DNA of 64,000 bases from an uncultured Alphaproteobacteria bacterium (GCA_964654995.1 CAZZKF010000005.1:1616-65615); one strand, 5' to 3'. Shown: positions 31,450 through 42,199, counted from the first letter of the stretch. Program-made: numbers and translations. The notes: generated by a model not told the origin, from the sequence alone.

Positions 31450-32352
31450 ATGGATTTCACCCTGTACTGGTTCATGTTTCCGGTCTCGATCGTGGTCGCG
31501 ACCGCGGCAATGCTCTCGGGCATCGGCGGCGCGGCGATGTTCACGCCGATTTTCCTGATTCTGTTTCCGCTGCTCGGCCCCGAATACACGCTGGCCAGCC
31601 CGGTGGCAGCGATCGGCGTGGCGCTGCTGATCGAGACCTTCGGCTTCTCATCCGGTTTCGTCGGCTATTTCCGCAAGCGGCTGATCGATTTTCGCAGCGC
31701 GTTCAAATTCATCGCCGTGGCGGTACCGGTGGCGATCATCGGGGCGCTGACCAGCCATCTCGCCAACCCCGACCTGCTCAAGGGGTCGTATGCGGCGCTG
31801 ATGCTGGTGCTGGCCTATGTCATGTACCGCCATCAGCACGGGATCGAGGAAACCATGGTGGTGACCGAAGAGGCCTCGGCCGGGGCCGCCGATGCCCGGC
31901 CGCACCGCGTGATCACGGCGCGCGACGGCCAGGTCTATCGCTTTCATGTCCCGCATCACGGCCGCGGCGCCTATGTCACCGCCCTGGGCGCGTTCCTGAC
32001 CGGCATGGTGTCGGTGGGCATCGGCGAAGTGATCATGCCCCAGCTTTCCAAGCGCAACCGGGTGCCCGTGCCGGTCGCCGCCGCCACCTCCGTCTTCATC
32101 GTCATCGTCACCGTGGCGTCCGCCTCGTTCACCCAGATCTCGACGCTGATCGCCGAGGGCGGGCTTCACGCGGTGCCCTGGCATCTCGTCGCCTATGCGG
32201 TGCCCGGGGTGATTCTCGGCGGCCAGATCGGCCCGCGCCTGCAGGGCAGGATCGCCCACCGGACGATGGAGCGCGGCATCGGCATTCTTTTCGCCTTCAT
32301 CAGCCTGGCGATGTTCTGGCTGGTATTCACCCGCGCCGGCGCCGCCCATTGA
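31450..32352 (+). CDS. TauE/SafE (TSUP) family sulfite/anion exporter
   Basis: A membrane protein of about 8 TM helices with the two TSUP glycine-rich repeats (MLSGIGGAAMFTP and VSVGIGEVIMP). I chose the start at ATG 31450 (MDFTLYWF...). The ORF track begins at 31309 and the start is uncertain. Confidence 0.75.
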   Translation: MDFTLYWFMFPVSIVVATAAMLSGIGGAAMFTPIFLILFPLLGPEYTLASPVAAIGVALLIETFGFSSGFVGYFRKRLIDFRSAFKFIAVAVPVAIIGALTSHLANPDLLKGSYAALMLVLAYVMYRHQHGIEETMVVTEEASAGAADARPHRVITARDGQVYRFHVPHHGRGAYVTALGAFLTGMVSVGIGEVIMPQLSKRNRVPVPVAAATSVFIVIVTVASASFTQISTLIAEGGLHAVPWHLVAYAVPGVILGGQIGPRLQGRIAHRTMERGIGILFAFISLAMFWLVFTRAGAAH

Positions 32353-32379
32353 TTGCCGCTGCAGCCGTGTCCCGCGCCG

Positions 32380-33435
32380 TCATCCGAGATCGCGCAGCCG
32401 GGCGATGCGCAGGGATATCGCCGGATGGGTGGCGAACAGGGCGGCCGCGCGCTCGCCGAAATTGCGAAACGGATTGACGAAGAACAGATGCTGGATGGCC
32501 CGGTTGGCGCTTGGGTCGCGCACCTCCGATCCGGCGATCTTCTCGAGCGCGCCGATCAGGCCCAGCGGATTGCGGGTGAAGCGCACGGCGGTGGCATCGG
32601 CCATGTATTCGCGCTGGCGCGAGATCGCCATCTGGACCAGCCGCGCGGCCAGCGGCGCGACGATGGCGAGGACGAGAAAGATCACCAGCGCCACGGCGCC
32701 GCCGGCACCGCGGCTCGAGCGGCGGCGCCCATAGCTGCCGTAGATCACCGAGCGCCGCGCGATATCGGCAATCAGCACGATCAGCCCGACGAGCACGCCG
32801 ACGGCGGTGGCATAAAGAATGTCGTTGTTGGCGATATGGCCCATCTCGTGGCCGACGACGCCCTGCAGCTCGCTGCGACTGAGCCGCTCGAGGAGGCCGC
32901 GGGTCACCCCGATGGTGGCGCGCTCAGGTCTGCGGCCGGCGGCAAAGGCGTTGAGCGCCGGTGTCTCGATCACCACGACGCGCGGCTTCGGCAGGCCGGC
33001 GGCGATTGCCATTTCCTCGACGACATTGTGCAGCCGCGGCTCCTCTTCCGGTGTCACCTCGCGGGCGCCGGCGAGACGCACGACAATGCGATCGCCGAAG
33101 ATCAGCGCCACCGCCGTCCAGGCCAGGCTGACCGCCAGCAGGATCGCCGCACCGTAGGCCCCGGCGCGCCCGGCCGCCCCGCCCCACAGGGCTGGCAGAC
33201 CGGCGCGCCCGTAGCCCGGCTCGACGCCAGAGATGGCGACCATGCCCCAGCCGATCAGATAGCCAAGCCCGGCCCCGAAGCCGAGCAGGAGAAGGCACAG
33301 CATCACCGTGTTGCGCCGGTTGGCCCGGATGGCGGCAAAAAAATCGGTGCGGTGCAGGGTTGGCGACGGCCGTTGCCGCCTGGGCGTCCGCCTGGGCTTT
33401 GTCTTGGGGCGGGACCAGGGGCTCGGTCGGGGCAT
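32380..33435 (-). CDS. htpX: zinc metalloprotease HtpX (peptidase M48)
   Basis: HExxH motif VVGHEMGHIANND. The TM N-terminus (ANRRNTVMLCLLLLGFGAGLGYLIG) aligns with HtpX N-termini. The ATG at 33435 gives a ~30-aa basic, Pro-rich extension. The internal ATG at 33303 would cut off conserved residues, so the start remains uncertain. It lies 9 nt after lemA. Confidence 0.85.
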   Translation of the reverse strand: MPRPSPWSRPKTKPRRTPRRQRPSPTLHRTDFFAAIRANRRNTVMLCLLLLGFGAGLGYLIGWGMVAISGVEPGYGRAGLPALWGGAAGRAGAYGAAILLAVSLAWTAVALIFGDRIVVRLAGAREVTPEEEPRLHNVVEEMAIAAGLPKPRVVVIETPALNAFAAGRRPERATIGVTRGLLERLSRSELQGVVGHEMGHIANNDILYATAVGVLVGLIVLIADIARRSVIYGSYGRRRSSRGAGGAVALVIFLVLAIVAPLAARLVQMAISRQREYMADATAVRFTRNPLGLIGALEKIAGSEVRDPSANRAIQHLFFVNPFRNFGERAAALFATHPAISLRIARLRDLG

Positions 33436-33444
33436 CGCCGGCGA

Positions 33445-34008
33445 TCAGCGCAAATCCACCGCCACCGGCTCGCGCGCCTCGTCCGGCACCTCGAAATAGC
33501 GCTCGCGATCAAAGCCAAAGGTGCCGGCGATCAGATTGGCAGGAAAGGTTTCGACCTGATTGTTCAGCGTCATGACCGAATCGTTGTAGTTCTGGCGGGC
33601 AAAGGCAATGCGGTTCTCGGTGGTCGTCAACTGCTCGGTCAAGTCGGCGACCGCCTGGTTGGCCTTGAGGTCGGGGTAGTTCTCGAACAGCGCGAACAGC
33701 CGCCCGAGAGTGGCGCCGAGCTGGGCCTCCGCCTCGATCGCGTCGGCCCGCGGCCCGCCTTGTGCGGCGACCGCCTTCTGGCGGGCCTCGACCACCTGCC
33801 GGAGCGTGTCCTGCTCATAGGACATGTAGTCCTTGACCACCTCGACGAGATTGGGAATGAGGTCGTGGCGCCGGCGCAGTTGCACGTCGATCTGGCGCCA
33901 GGCGTTCTCCACCTGATTGCGCTTGCGCACCAGGCTGTTGTAAATGGCGATCATGGCCAACGCGATCACCGCGATCACGCCCAGGATCACCAGCGTCGTT
34001 GCGTCCAT
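33445..34008 (-). CDS. lemA: LemA family protein
   Basis: 187 aa. N-terminal TM helix and the conserved LemA core (VENAWRQIDVQLRRRHDLIPNLVEVVK). Confidence 0.9.
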   Translation of the reverse strand: MDATTLVILGVIAVIALAMIAIYNSLVRKRNQVENAWRQIDVQLRRRHDLIPNLVEVVKDYMSYEQDTLRQVVEARQKAVAAQGGPRADAIEAEAQLGATLGRLFALFENYPDLKANQAVADLTEQLTTTENRIAFARQNYNDSVMTLNNQVETFPANLIAGTFGFDRERYFEVPDEAREPVAVDLR

Positions 34009-34141
34009 GTCCCCGTCCTCCCGATTGTGGCGCCGACCGCATCCCGCCGGTAGAATCCCGGCCGATCAGTTGCGATTGTGTGGGCGGTTCGGCAATCCTG
34101 CAACCGCAAATCGTCGCATCACATCGGCCGGGGAGAAAGAC

Positions 34142-34378
34142 ATGGGGCTTGAAACCACGGTGGCCATTCTGATTGCCGCCATCCTGGTCACCCTGTTCGC
34201 CAACCACAAGCACCGGCAGCCGCCGAAGCTGGGAGAGGCGCCGCTCATTCCCTACCTCGGCCTGCAATTCGTCGGCATTCTGGTGATTTTCCTGATGATC
34301 GCCCATCTCATCACCTTGCTGACCGGGCGCCCTTTTGCCGGGCGCCTGTCGGCGCTGTTTGCCGCCGCCCTGGCCTGA
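34142..34378 (+). CDS. small two-TM membrane protein (78 aa)
   Basis: The ATG at 34142 is preceded by a strong Shine-Dalgarno GGGGAGAAAG. It encodes two hydrophobic helices. The upstream part of ORF-track entry 33944..34378 overlaps lemA and I discarded it. Confidence 0.55.
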   Translation: MGLETTVAILIAAILVTLFANHKHRQPPKLGEAPLIPYLGLQFVGILVIFLMIAHLITLLTGRPFAGRLSALFAAALA

Positions 34379-34567
34379 GCCGGGACAATCTGTCCCGAAC
34401 TGAAACGAAGCGCCGCAAAATCGCCTCCCGAACTGTCGGAAATCCTTACACCACTCCCGCCAGGCGCGGCCGCTTCCCGCGAAGCGTCTGAAATCCCGCG
34501 TCTTTTCGATCTGGCCCGCATTTTGCGTCAGACGTTATCGGCATCCGCCGCATTCGGGAGATGGGCC

Positions 34568-34735
34568 ATGACCGAGAGGTTGGAAGAGAACGCCGACTAT
34601 CAGCGCCGACTGGCCGAACGCCTGTTCGAGGCGGAAGGCTTCGAGGAAGCGGTGATCTTTGCCCGCGAGCGCGAATGGGACGGGGTGCTCGACTGGCTGT
34701 TCGTGCTTCAGAAGGAGCGTGGCTTAAGGGTCTGA
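34568..34735 (+). CDS. small acidic hypothetical protein (55 aa)
   Basis: The ATG at 34568 has GGGAG 7 nt upstream. The track entry 34523..34735 contains it. The sequence MTERLEENADYQRRLAERLFEAEGFEE... has no recognised domain. Confidence 0.4.
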   Translation: MTERLEENADYQRRLAERLFEAEGFEEAVIFAREREWDGVLDWLFVLQKERGLRV

Positions 34736-34754
34736 ATGGCCTCGTGCCCGGCGC

Positions 34755-35333
34755 TCACGAGCGGGACCGAAATTCGTCGGCGTGAAACAGGGCGTTCAGC
34801 CTCAAACCTTCGCCGGCCAGTGCCTCGGCGGCGCCTTCGCCGCGATCGACCAGGGTCAGTACCGTCCTGACCCGGCCGCCGGCCTCGCGCACCAGGCGCA
34901 CGGCCTCGAGCGCCGAGCCGCCGGTGGTGGTGACATCCTCGACAATGACCACATCCTTGCCCTCGAGGGAGGCGCCGGGCGCCAGGCCTTCGATGCGCCG
35001 CCGCGTCCCGTGTTCCTTGGTCTTCTTGCGTACGAAAAAGGCCGGGATCGGGCGCGTGGATGCAAAGCTCGCCGGCGCCACCACAGAGACGATCGGGACC
35101 GCCCCCATCTCCAGCCCGCCGATGTAATCGACCGGTTGGTCTTTCAGCGCGTCAAGAATCAGTCGGGCGATCAGGACAGCACCTTCCGGGTCCATCATGG
35201 TCGGCTTCATGTTGAAGTAGAACGTGCTGCTGCGCCCCGAGGCGAGGCGGATCTCGCCGCCTTCGCTGAATGACTTTTCGGCGATGATCTGATGGAGGCG
35301 CGCGCGTGCCGCCGCCACATCGCCGGCAGGCAT
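34755..35333 (-). CDS. pyrE: orotate phosphoribosyltransferase
   Basis: PRPP-binding motif [18 protein letters not shown] chose the ATG at 35333 (192 aa). The longer GTG start at 35414 is possible. Confidence 0.9.
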   Translation of the reverse strand: MPAGDVAAARARLHQIIAEKSFSEGGEIRLASGRSSTFYFNMKPTMMDPEGAVLIARLILDALKDQPVDYIGGLEMGAVPIVSVVAPASFASTRPIPAFFVRKKTKEHGTRRRIEGLAPGASLEGKDVVIVEDVTTTGGSALEAVRLVREAGGRVRTVLTLVDRGEGAAEALAGEGLRLNALFHADEFRSRS

Positions 35334-35430
35334 GGACAGGTCGGTTGACGGGTTTTGCACGGCGTCACTCACAGCCCGGACTTTGTACACGGGGCGGCGG
35401 TGCGACTCAAGCACAGGCGAGGCGCCGCCA

Positions 35431-36267
35431 CTACCGCTGGCGCTGCGGACAATAGAAGGTCGAGCGCCCGCTTTGGCGGATCATCCGGATGGCGCCTTTG
35501 CAGTCGCAGCCCGGGCAGGGCGCGCCGGCCCGGCCATAGACCGAAAAGCTGTGCTGGAAATAGCCGAGCGCGCCGTCCGCCGCAGCATAGTCGCGCAGGC
35601 TCGAGCCGCCGGCGGCGATCGCTTCCTGGAGAACCGTGCGAATCGCGGCTGCCAGTCGCTCGGCGCGCACGCCAGGGATGGTGCGGGCCTGGCGGCGCGG
35701 CGAGATGCGGGCCCGGAACAGGGCCTCGCAGGCATAGATGTTGCCGAGCCCGGCGACCACCCGCTGATCGAGCAGCACGCCCTTGATCGGCGCCCTGCGC
35801 CCGCGGCACGCCTCGGCCAGCACCTCGGCGTTGAAGGCATTGCCGAGGGGCTCCGGGCCCAGCTCGCGGAGCAAGGGGTGCGCATCCAGCTCGCCTTCAC
35901 GGGCAAGTGTCATCAACCCGAAGCGCCGGGGATCGGTGAACACGACGCGGGCCCCGTCTTCCATCGCAAAGGTCACATGATCGTGGGGGCCAGGGGCGCC
36001 CGCAGGTGCGCCCGTCGGGATCACCGTGAAGCGGCCCGACATGCCGAGGTGGGCGATCACCACCGCGTCGCCCTCGAGGCGCCAGAGCAGGTATTTGGCC
36101 CGGCGGTCGAGGCGGATGACGCGCCGCCCTTCGATGCGCGCGGCAAAATCGCCCGGCAGCGGTGTGCGCAAATCCCCGCGGCGGACCTCGACATGGCCGA
36201 TGCGCCGGCCTTCGAGGGCCTGCGCCAGACCGCGCCGCACGGTTTCGACTTCTGGCAGTTCCGGCAT
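35431..36267 (-). CDS. mutM: formamidopyrimidine-DNA glycosylase
   Basis: 278 aa. N-terminal MPELPEVE (catalytic Pro2/Glu3) and the C-terminal zinc finger [27 protein letters not shown]. Confidence 0.95.
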   Translation of the reverse strand: MPELPEVETVRRGLAQALEGRRIGHVEVRRGDLRTPLPGDFAARIEGRRVIRLDRRAKYLLWRLEGDAVVIAHLGMSGRFTVIPTGAPAGAPGPHDHVTFAMEDGARVVFTDPRRFGLMTLAREGELDAHPLLRELGPEPLGNAFNAEVLAEACRGRRAPIKGVLLDQRVVAGLGNIYACEALFRARISPRRQARTIPGVRAERLAAAIRTVLQEAIAAGGSSLRDYAAADGALGYFQHSFSVYGRAGAPCPGCDCKGAIRMIRQSGRSTFYCPQRQR

Positions 36268-36358
36268 CCGTTACAAGCCCTTGTCACTCCCTCGGGAATT
36301 GGCGCCAACCGCGCAGCCAGCGCTGGCGCCGGCCCTGTGGCTGCGCTATGTTCGCGGC

Positions 36359-37171
36359 ATGACCGCACGATACCGGGAAACCGACGAACCGCGCACCCAT
36401 TTCGGCAACAAGACCGTGCCCGAATCGCAAAAGCCGGCGCTGGTGCGCGACGTTTTTGCGCGCGTCGCCCCGCGTTATGATCTGATGAACGATCTGATGA
36501 GCGGCGGCATCCACCGGCTGTGGAAGTCGGCGCTGATCGACTGGCTCAATCCGCGCCCCGGCCAGCAGCTTCTCGACATTGCCGGCGGCACCGGCGATAT
36601 CGCCATGCGGGCGCTCGACCGGGTTGACGCCGTCGCCGCCCGTCGCCGCCAGACCGAGGATGTATCGCCCCCGGCCGCCACCGACGTTACGGTCTGCGAC
36701 GCCTCGCCGGAAATGCTGCGCGAGGGGCGCCGCCGGGCGCAGCGTCGCGGGCTGGAGACGCGCATTCGCTGGCTGTGCGGCGATGCCGAATCATTGCCGC
36801 TCGCGGATGCCAGCGTCGATGCCATTACCATTGCCTTTGGCATCCGCAATATCACCCATATCGACCGGGCACTTGAGGAGGCCTGCCGGGTGCTGCGCCA
36901 TGGCGGGCATTTTCTTTGCCTCGAGTTCTCCCACGTCGCCGTCCTTGGCTTCGACAAGCTCTATGACGCCTATTCGTTCCACGTCATCCCGGCGATCGGC
37001 GGACTGGTGACCGGAAACCGCGAGGCTTACGTCTATCTGGTCGAAAGCATCCGCCGCTTTCCCGACCAGGACCTGTTCGCGGCGATGATCGAAGAGGCCG
37101 GTTTCGGCAATGTCAGCTACCGCAACCTGTCGGCCGGCATCGCCGCCATTCATTCCGGCTGGAAGCTCTAG
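36359..37171 (+). CDS. ubiE: ubiquinone/menaquinone C-methyltransferase UbiE
   Basis: The start is at the ATG at 36359 (MTARYRETDEPRTHFGNKTVPESQKPALVRDVFARVAPRYDLMND, the UbiE N-terminal signature). SAM motif LLDIAGGTGD. The ORF-track start at 36026 is antisense to mutM. Confidence 0.92.
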   Translation: MTARYRETDEPRTHFGNKTVPESQKPALVRDVFARVAPRYDLMNDLMSGGIHRLWKSALIDWLNPRPGQQLLDIAGGTGDIAMRALDRVDAVAARRRQTEDVSPPAATDVTVCDASPEMLREGRRRAQRRGLETRIRWLCGDAESLPLADASVDAITIAFGIRNITHIDRALEEACRVLRHGGHFLCLEFSHVAVLGFDKLYDAYSFHVIPAIGGLVTGNREAYVYLVESIRRFPDQDLFAAMIEEAGFGNVSYRNLSAGIAAIHSGWKL

Positions 37172-37180
37172 GGTCGGTCG

Positions 37181-38749
37181 ATGCTCAACGCCCTGCGCCA
37201 CAGCTTCAGACTGATCCATGCGGCCCGGGTGCTGGCCCGCCACGATGCGCTGTTTCCCTTCGATGTGATGCGCGAACTGCCGCCGGCGCTGAAAGCCGCC
37301 CGGGTCATCGCCGGCCTGCGCCTGCCCGGCGAGCGGGAATCGGCCGAAGCGCAGGAGCCGCGGCCCGGCATCCGCCTCGCCCGCGCCCTCGAGTCGCTGG
37401 GACCCAGCTTCATCAAGCTGGGCCAGGCGCTGGCCACCCGGCCGGACGCGGTGGGAGTCGAGGTCGCCGAGGACCTGACCGAGCTGCAGGACCGGCTGGC
37501 GCCGTTTCCGGGTGATCAGGCCCGGGCCACCATCGAGGAACAGTTCGGCCAGCCGGTCGACGCCCTGTTCACGGAATTCGAGGACACGCCGGTCGCCGCC
37601 GCCTCCATCGCCCAGGTCCATTTCGCGGTGACCACCGAGGGCCGCGAGGTCGCGGTAAAAATCCTGCGGCCCGATATCGAAGCCGCCTTCGAGCGCAATT
37701 TGGAGACCTTCTACTGGCTCGCCCAGATGATCGAACGCGCACAACCGGCGGCCCGGCGCCTGCGTCCCGTCGATGTCGTGCGCACCTTGTCGCAGACCGT
37801 CCATCGGGAAATGGATTTGCGGCTCGAGGCGGCCGCCGCCAGCGAACTGAAGGAAAACATGGCCGGTGATTCCGGCATCATCATCCCCACCGTCGACTGG
37901 AGCCGCACCAGCCGCCGGGTGCTGACCACGCAGCGCGTCTCCGGCATTCCGATCAGCGACCGGGCGGCGATCATCGCCGCCGGCCACGATGTCGGTGCCA
38001 TCGCCACCAAGGCGGTTCAGGTGTTCCTGGTCCAGGCCCTGCGCGACGGCTTTTTCCACGCCGACATGCACCAGGGCAATTTGTTCGTCGATGAGGCCGG
38101 CAATCTGGTGGCCGTCGATTTCGGCATCATGGGCCGGCTCGACCGCGCCACCCGGCGTTATCTCGGCGAGATCCTGCTGGGCTTCCTGGAGGCCGATTAT
38201 GTCAAGGTCGCGCGCATCCATTTCGAGGCCGGCTATGTGCCGCGGACCCATTCGGTGGCCGCCTTTGCCCAGGCGCTGCGCTCGATCGGCGAGCCGATCC
38301 TCGGCCGGCCGGTGCATGAAATCTCGCTCGGGCGGCTGCTTGCGCAACTGTTCCGGGTGACCGAGGATTTCGACATGAAGACCCAGCCGCAGCTCCTGCT
38401 GCTGCAAAAGACCATGGTCATGGTCGAAGGCCTCGCCAATCATCTCGACCCCAACGCCAACATGTGGGAAATCTCGCGCCCCGTCATCGAGGCCTGGGTG
38501 CGCGAAAGTCTCGGGCCCGAGGCGCGGATTCAGGCGGCGGCCGAGCGGGCGATCTCGCTGGCCGCCAAGCTGCCGGAGCTGATCGAGCGCCTCGATGAGG
38601 CCAGCCGCGTCCTGGCCGAGGACGGGCTGAAGTTGCATCCCGACAGCCTGGAGAGACTGGCGCGGCGCCAGGCCGAGCGGCGCCGGCCGTTGACTGCGGC
38701 TTTGTGGGCGCTGGTTGCGGTGCTGGTGATTCTGCTGCTTTCCGGGTAA
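37181..38749 (+). CDS. ubiB: ubiquinone biosynthesis regulatory kinase UbiB (ABC1/ADCK family)
   Basis: 522 aa. ABC1 kinase motifs (AAASIAQVHFA, VAVKILRPDIE, HADMHQGNLFV, DFGIMG) and a C-terminal TM helix. Confidence 0.92.
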   Translation: MLNALRHSFRLIHAARVLARHDALFPFDVMRELPPALKAARVIAGLRLPGERESAEAQEPRPGIRLARALESLGPSFIKLGQALATRPDAVGVEVAEDLTELQDRLAPFPGDQARATIEEQFGQPVDALFTEFEDTPVAAASIAQVHFAVTTEGREVAVKILRPDIEAAFERNLETFYWLAQMIERAQPAARRLRPVDVVRTLSQTVHREMDLRLEAAAASELKENMAGDSGIIIPTVDWSRTSRRVLTTQRVSGIPISDRAAIIAAGHDVGAIATKAVQVFLVQALRDGFFHADMHQGNLFVDEAGNLVAVDFGIMGRLDRATRRYLGEILLGFLEADYVKVARIHFEAGYVPRTHSVAAFAQALRSIGEPILGRPVHEISLGRLLAQLFRVTEDFDMKTQPQLLLLQKTMVMVEGLANHLDPNANMWEISRPVIEAWVRESLGPEARIQAAAERAISLAAKLPELIERLDEASRVLAEDGLKLHPDSLERLARRQAERRRPLTAALWALVAVLVILLLSG

Positions 38750-38849
38750 GGGCGAGGGCCATCGTTCCAGCCCCCGTCTGTTCGCTTGCCAAACGTCGGA
38801 CCAACAGCTTATGTTATCTGTTATCTACATTGTTTATTCGTAAATAAAA

Positions 38850-38885
38850 GGATTGCCCGATCACCTCGTGGGAATGGGGCAATCC
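38850..38885. other. 9-bp perfect inverted repeat (GGATTGCCC-18 nt-GGGCAATCC) beside an A/T-rich tract carrying TTATCT direct repeats, in the ubiB-coaBC intergenic region
   Basis: Seen directly. The AT-rich block at 38800-38848 (atgttatctgttatctacattgtttattcgtaaataaaag) includes a DnaA-box-like TTATCTACA. The stem-loop follows it and the coaBC start lies 26 nt downstream. Confidence 0.35.
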
Positions 38886-38910
38886 ATCAACCGGATCATG
38901 GGTCGGAAAG

Positions 38911-40185
38911 GTGGGTGCGCGCGCGGTGCTGAACGGAAAAAGCGTGCTGCTGATCATCGGCGGCGGCATCGCCGCCTATAAGTGCCTGGACCTGATCCGC
39001 CGCCTGCGCGAGCGCGGTGCGGCTGTCCGCGTGGTGCTCACGCAGGCCGGGGCCCAGTTCGTGACACCGCTGTCGCTGGCCGCGCTTTCCGGCGAGCCGG
39101 TCTATCAGGACCTGTTTTCGCTCACCGACGAGGTCGAGATGGGCCACATCCGGCTGGTCCGCGAGGCCGACATCGTGGTCGTCGCCCCGGCGACCGCCGA
39201 TCTGATCGCCAAGATGGCCGCCGGGCTGGCCCCCGATCTCGCCACCGCCGCGCTCTTGGCCTGCGACAAGCCGATCCTGATTGCCCCGGCGATGAATGTG
39301 CAGATGTGGCAGCATCCGGCGACCCGGCGCAATGTCGCCCAGCTTGAGGCCGACGGGATCGGCCGCATCGGGCCCGCCAGTGGCGACCTGGCGTGTGGCG
39401 AGGAAGGCGAGGGCCGGATGGCCGAGGTCGATGACATCATCGCCGCCATCGCCGAGACCCTCGCCCAGGCAGACCCGCGCGTCGAGCCGCTGCCCGGCGC
39501 GGCGCGGCCGCTGGCCGGCAAGCGCGCCCTGGTCACCGCCGGACCGACCATCGAGGCGATCGACCCGGTGCGCTATATCGCCAACCGCTCGTCCGGCAAG
39601 CAGGGTTATGCGATTGCCGCGGCGCTTCATGCGCTGGGGGCCGAGACGATCCTGGTCTCGGGGCCGGTGGCGCTCGCCCCGCCCGAAGGCGTGCGGCTGG
39701 TGGCGGTCGAGTCGGCGGCCGAGATGGCCGCCGCCTGCGAGGCTGCCCTGCCGGTGGATATCGCCGTCTGTGCAGCCGCGGTTGCCGACTGGCGCCCCGA
39801 TCCCGCGCCCGACAAGATCAAGAAGTCCCGAAGCGGGAGTGGCGCCCGGACCATGCACCTCGAGCTGGTCGAGAACCCGGACATTCTCGCCGGGCTTGCC
39901 GGCCGCAAGAAGGGGCGTCCGGCGCTGGTCGTCGGCTTTGCCGCCGAGACCCGCGATGTGCTGGACAATGCCCGCGAAAAGCGCCGCGCCAAGGGCTGCG
40001 ACTGGATCGTCGCCAACGACGTTTCGGCCAAGACCGGCGTGCTTGGCGGCGACGACAACACCGTGCATCTGATCACCGAGGACGGGATCGACTCCTGGCC
40101 GCCGGCGAGCAAGCGCGAAGTCGCCGAGCGGCTGGCCCGGCGCATTGCCGATCATTTCCGCGGCAGCGCGCGGGGCGTCGCATGA
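38911..40185 (+). CDS. coaBC: bifunctional phosphopantothenoylcysteine decarboxylase / phosphopantothenate-cysteine ligase
   Basis: 424 aa. N-terminal flavoprotein domain ([12 protein letters not shown]) and a C-terminal CoaB domain. GTG start with GGAAAGG upstream. Confidence 0.92.
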   Translation: MGARAVLNGKSVLLIIGGGIAAYKCLDLIRRLRERGAAVRVVLTQAGAQFVTPLSLAALSGEPVYQDLFSLTDEVEMGHIRLVREADIVVVAPATADLIAKMAAGLAPDLATAALLACDKPILIAPAMNVQMWQHPATRRNVAQLEADGIGRIGPASGDLACGEEGEGRMAEVDDIIAAIAETLAQADPRVEPLPGAARPLAGKRALVTAGPTIEAIDPVRYIANRSSGKQGYAIAAALHALGAETILVSGPVALAPPEGVRLVAVESAAEMAAACEAALPVDIAVCAAAVADWRPDPAPDKIKKSRSGSGARTMHLELVENPDILAGLAGRKKGRPALVVGFAAETRDVLDNAREKRRAKGCDWIVANDVSAKTGVLGGDDNTVHLITEDGIDSWPPASKREVAERLARRIADHFRGSARGVA

Positions 40186-40700
40186 CCACCTCATCGGCGG
40201 CCCCCGATCTGTGCTCCGTCCCGGCGTCGGACGACGGCGTTTGCGTGGCGATCGTGCGACTTCCTCACGGGCAGGGCCTGCCGCTGCCGGCTTACGCCAG
40301 TGCCGGATCCGCCGGTGCTGATCTGTGCGCGGCGATCAGTGCCGATAGGCCCGCTTGCCTTGACCCCGGCGCGCGCCATCTGGTGCCGACCGGCCTTGCC
40401 ATCGCGCTGCCCGAAGGCTTCGAGGCCCAGGTGCGGCCGCGCTCCGGCCTCGCCGTGCGCCACGGGATCACCGTGCTCAACAGCCCCGGCACCATCGATT
40501 CCGACTATCGCGGCGAGATCAAGGTGGTGCTGATCAATCTCGGCGATGAGCCGTTCACGCTGCGGCGTGGCCAGCGCATCGCGCAACTGGTGATCGCCCC
40601 GGTGGCCCGCGCCGAATGGCGGCTGGCTGATCGGCTTCCGGACAGCGCGCGGGGCGCTGGCGGCTTCGGTTCGACCGGTCTGGATCCGTCCGGTGAGTGA
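40182..40700 (+). CDS. dut: dUTP diphosphatase
   Basis: 172 aa. dUTPase motifs [20 protein letters not shown] and RIAQLV. The ATG overlaps the coaBC stop as ATGA. Confidence 0.92.
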   Translation: MTTSSAAPDLCSVPASDDGVCVAIVRLPHGQGLPLPAYASAGSAGADLCAAISADRPACLDPGARHLVPTGLAIALPEGFEAQVRPRSGLAVRHGITVLNSPGTIDSDYRGEIKVVLINLGDEPFTLRRGQRIAQLVIAPVARAEWRLADRLPDSARGAGGFGSTGLDPSGE

Positions 40701-40704
40701 TGTC

Positions 40705-41160
40705 ATGCTGCGGATGTCGCGGAAAATGCGGTTTGCGCTCGAGGCGGTGGTCGATATCGCTTATAACGCGCGGGCCGAGCCGGTACAGTCGAAAGAGATC
40801 ACGCGCCGTCAGGGCATTCCCCAGCGCTATCTGGAACAGGTCATGCAACATCTGGTGAAAGCCGGAATTCTGAAAGGCGTGCGGGGGCCGCGCGGCGGTT
40901 ATCACCTGGCCCGGGAGCGCCGCCGGATTACTGTCGGCGAGGTGGTGCGTATCGTCGCCCGGCTGGAAAGCAACGGTGAAGGCGACGGGTTCGAGACCCG
41001 CTCGCCGCTGGGCGCCAAGGTCGTCCAGCCGATGCTGGACGAGCTGCAGGAGGAAGTCATGAGCCGGCTCGACGCGATCACCATCGAGGATTTGTGCCGC
41101 CGCGCCCGTGCGGCCGGCATCGCCCGGGAAACCGGAGCCCGGCTGGACTTCACCATCTGA
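40705..41160 (+). CDS. Rrf2 family transcriptional regulator (no Cys cluster)
   Basis: N-terminal wHTH ([20 protein letters not shown]...[26 protein letters not shown]). The ATG at 40705 lies 4 nt after the dut stop. The ORF-track start at 40693 is GTG and overlaps dut. Confidence 0.8.
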   Translation: MLRMSRKMRFALEAVVDIAYNARAEPVQSKEITRRQGIPQRYLEQVMQHLVKAGILKGVRGPRGGYHLARERRRITVGEVVRIVARLESNGEGDGFETRSPLGAKVVQPMLDELQEEVMSRLDAITIEDLCRRARAAGIARETGARLDFTI

Positions 41161-41213
41161 CGAACAATCCTTTGTTTGGACGGCGACTCACCACAGGGAA
41201 GGAAAGAACAGTC

Positions 41214-42179
41214 ATGACGATCACCGAAACCGGCACGCAGGGCCGGGGCCGCATCTTCGAAGACATTACCGAGACCATCGGCGATACACCGCTGGTGCGC
41301 CTCGCCCGCATCGCCAGGAAATACGGGGTGGAGGCCGACATTCTCGGCAAGCTCGAGTTCTTCAATCCCATCGGCTCGGTCAAGGACCGGATCGGGGTGT
41401 CGATGATCTCGGCCATGGAAAAGGACGGACGCCTGAAGGCGGATTCGGTGATCGTCGAGCCGACGTCGGGGAATACCGGCATTGCGCTCGCCTTCGTCGC
41501 CGCGGCGCGCGGCTATCGGCTGATTCTGGTGATGCCGGAGAGCATGTCGCTGGAGCGGCGCAAGATGCTGCTGCTGCTGGGCGCCGAGATCGAGCTGACA
41601 CCGGCAACCGAGGGCATGCGCGGGGCGATCACCCGCGCCGAGCAACTGGTCAGCGAAATTCCCGGGGCGGTGATGCCGCAGCAGTTCGACAACCCCGCCA
41701 ATCCCTACATTCACCGCATCACCACGGCAGAGGAAATCTGGAACGATACCCAGGGCGCGGTCGACATGGTGGTCTCCGGGATCGGCACCGGCGGTACGCT
41801 GACCGGGGTGGGTGCCGTGCTCAAGGAACGCAAGCCCGAGGTCCGGATGATCGCCGTCGAGCCCGAGGACAGCGCGATCCTGAGCGGCGGCGAGCCCGGA
41901 CCCCATAAGATCCAGGGCATCGGCGCCGGCTTCATTCCCAGCATCCTGCAGACCGAGCTGATCGACGAAGTGGTCACCGTGGGCAATGAAACCGCCTTCG
42001 CCGTCGCCCGCGAACTGGCGCAGATCGAGGGCATTCCGGTGGGCATTTCCTCCGGTGCCGCGGTCGCCGCCGCCCTCGAGGTCGCAGCGCGCCCCGAATC
42101 GAAGGGCAAGATGATTATCGCGGTCCTCCCGTCGTTCGCCGAACGCTATCTGTCGACACCGCTGTTCGAGGGCCTTTAA
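41214..42179 (+). CDS. cysK: cysteine synthase A (O-acetylserine sulfhydrylase)
   Basis: The start is at the ATG at 41214 (MTITETG...), preceded by AGGGAAGGAAAG. PLP lysine motif [11 protein letters not shown] and [10 protein letters not shown]. 321 aa. Confidence 0.93.
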   Translation: MTITETGTQGRGRIFEDITETIGDTPLVRLARIARKYGVEADILGKLEFFNPIGSVKDRIGVSMISAMEKDGRLKADSVIVEPTSGNTGIALAFVAAARGYRLILVMPESMSLERRKMLLLLGAEIELTPATEGMRGAITRAEQLVSEIPGAVMPQQFDNPANPYIHRITTAEEIWNDTQGAVDMVVSGIGTGGTLTGVGAVLKERKPEVRMIAVEPEDSAILSGGEPGPHKIQGIGAGFIPSILQTELIDEVVTVGNETAFAVARELAQIEGIPVGISSGAAVAAALEVAARPESKGKMIIAVLPSFAERYLSTPLFEGL

Positions 42180-42199
42180 GGGATTCGCGACACGTCGCC

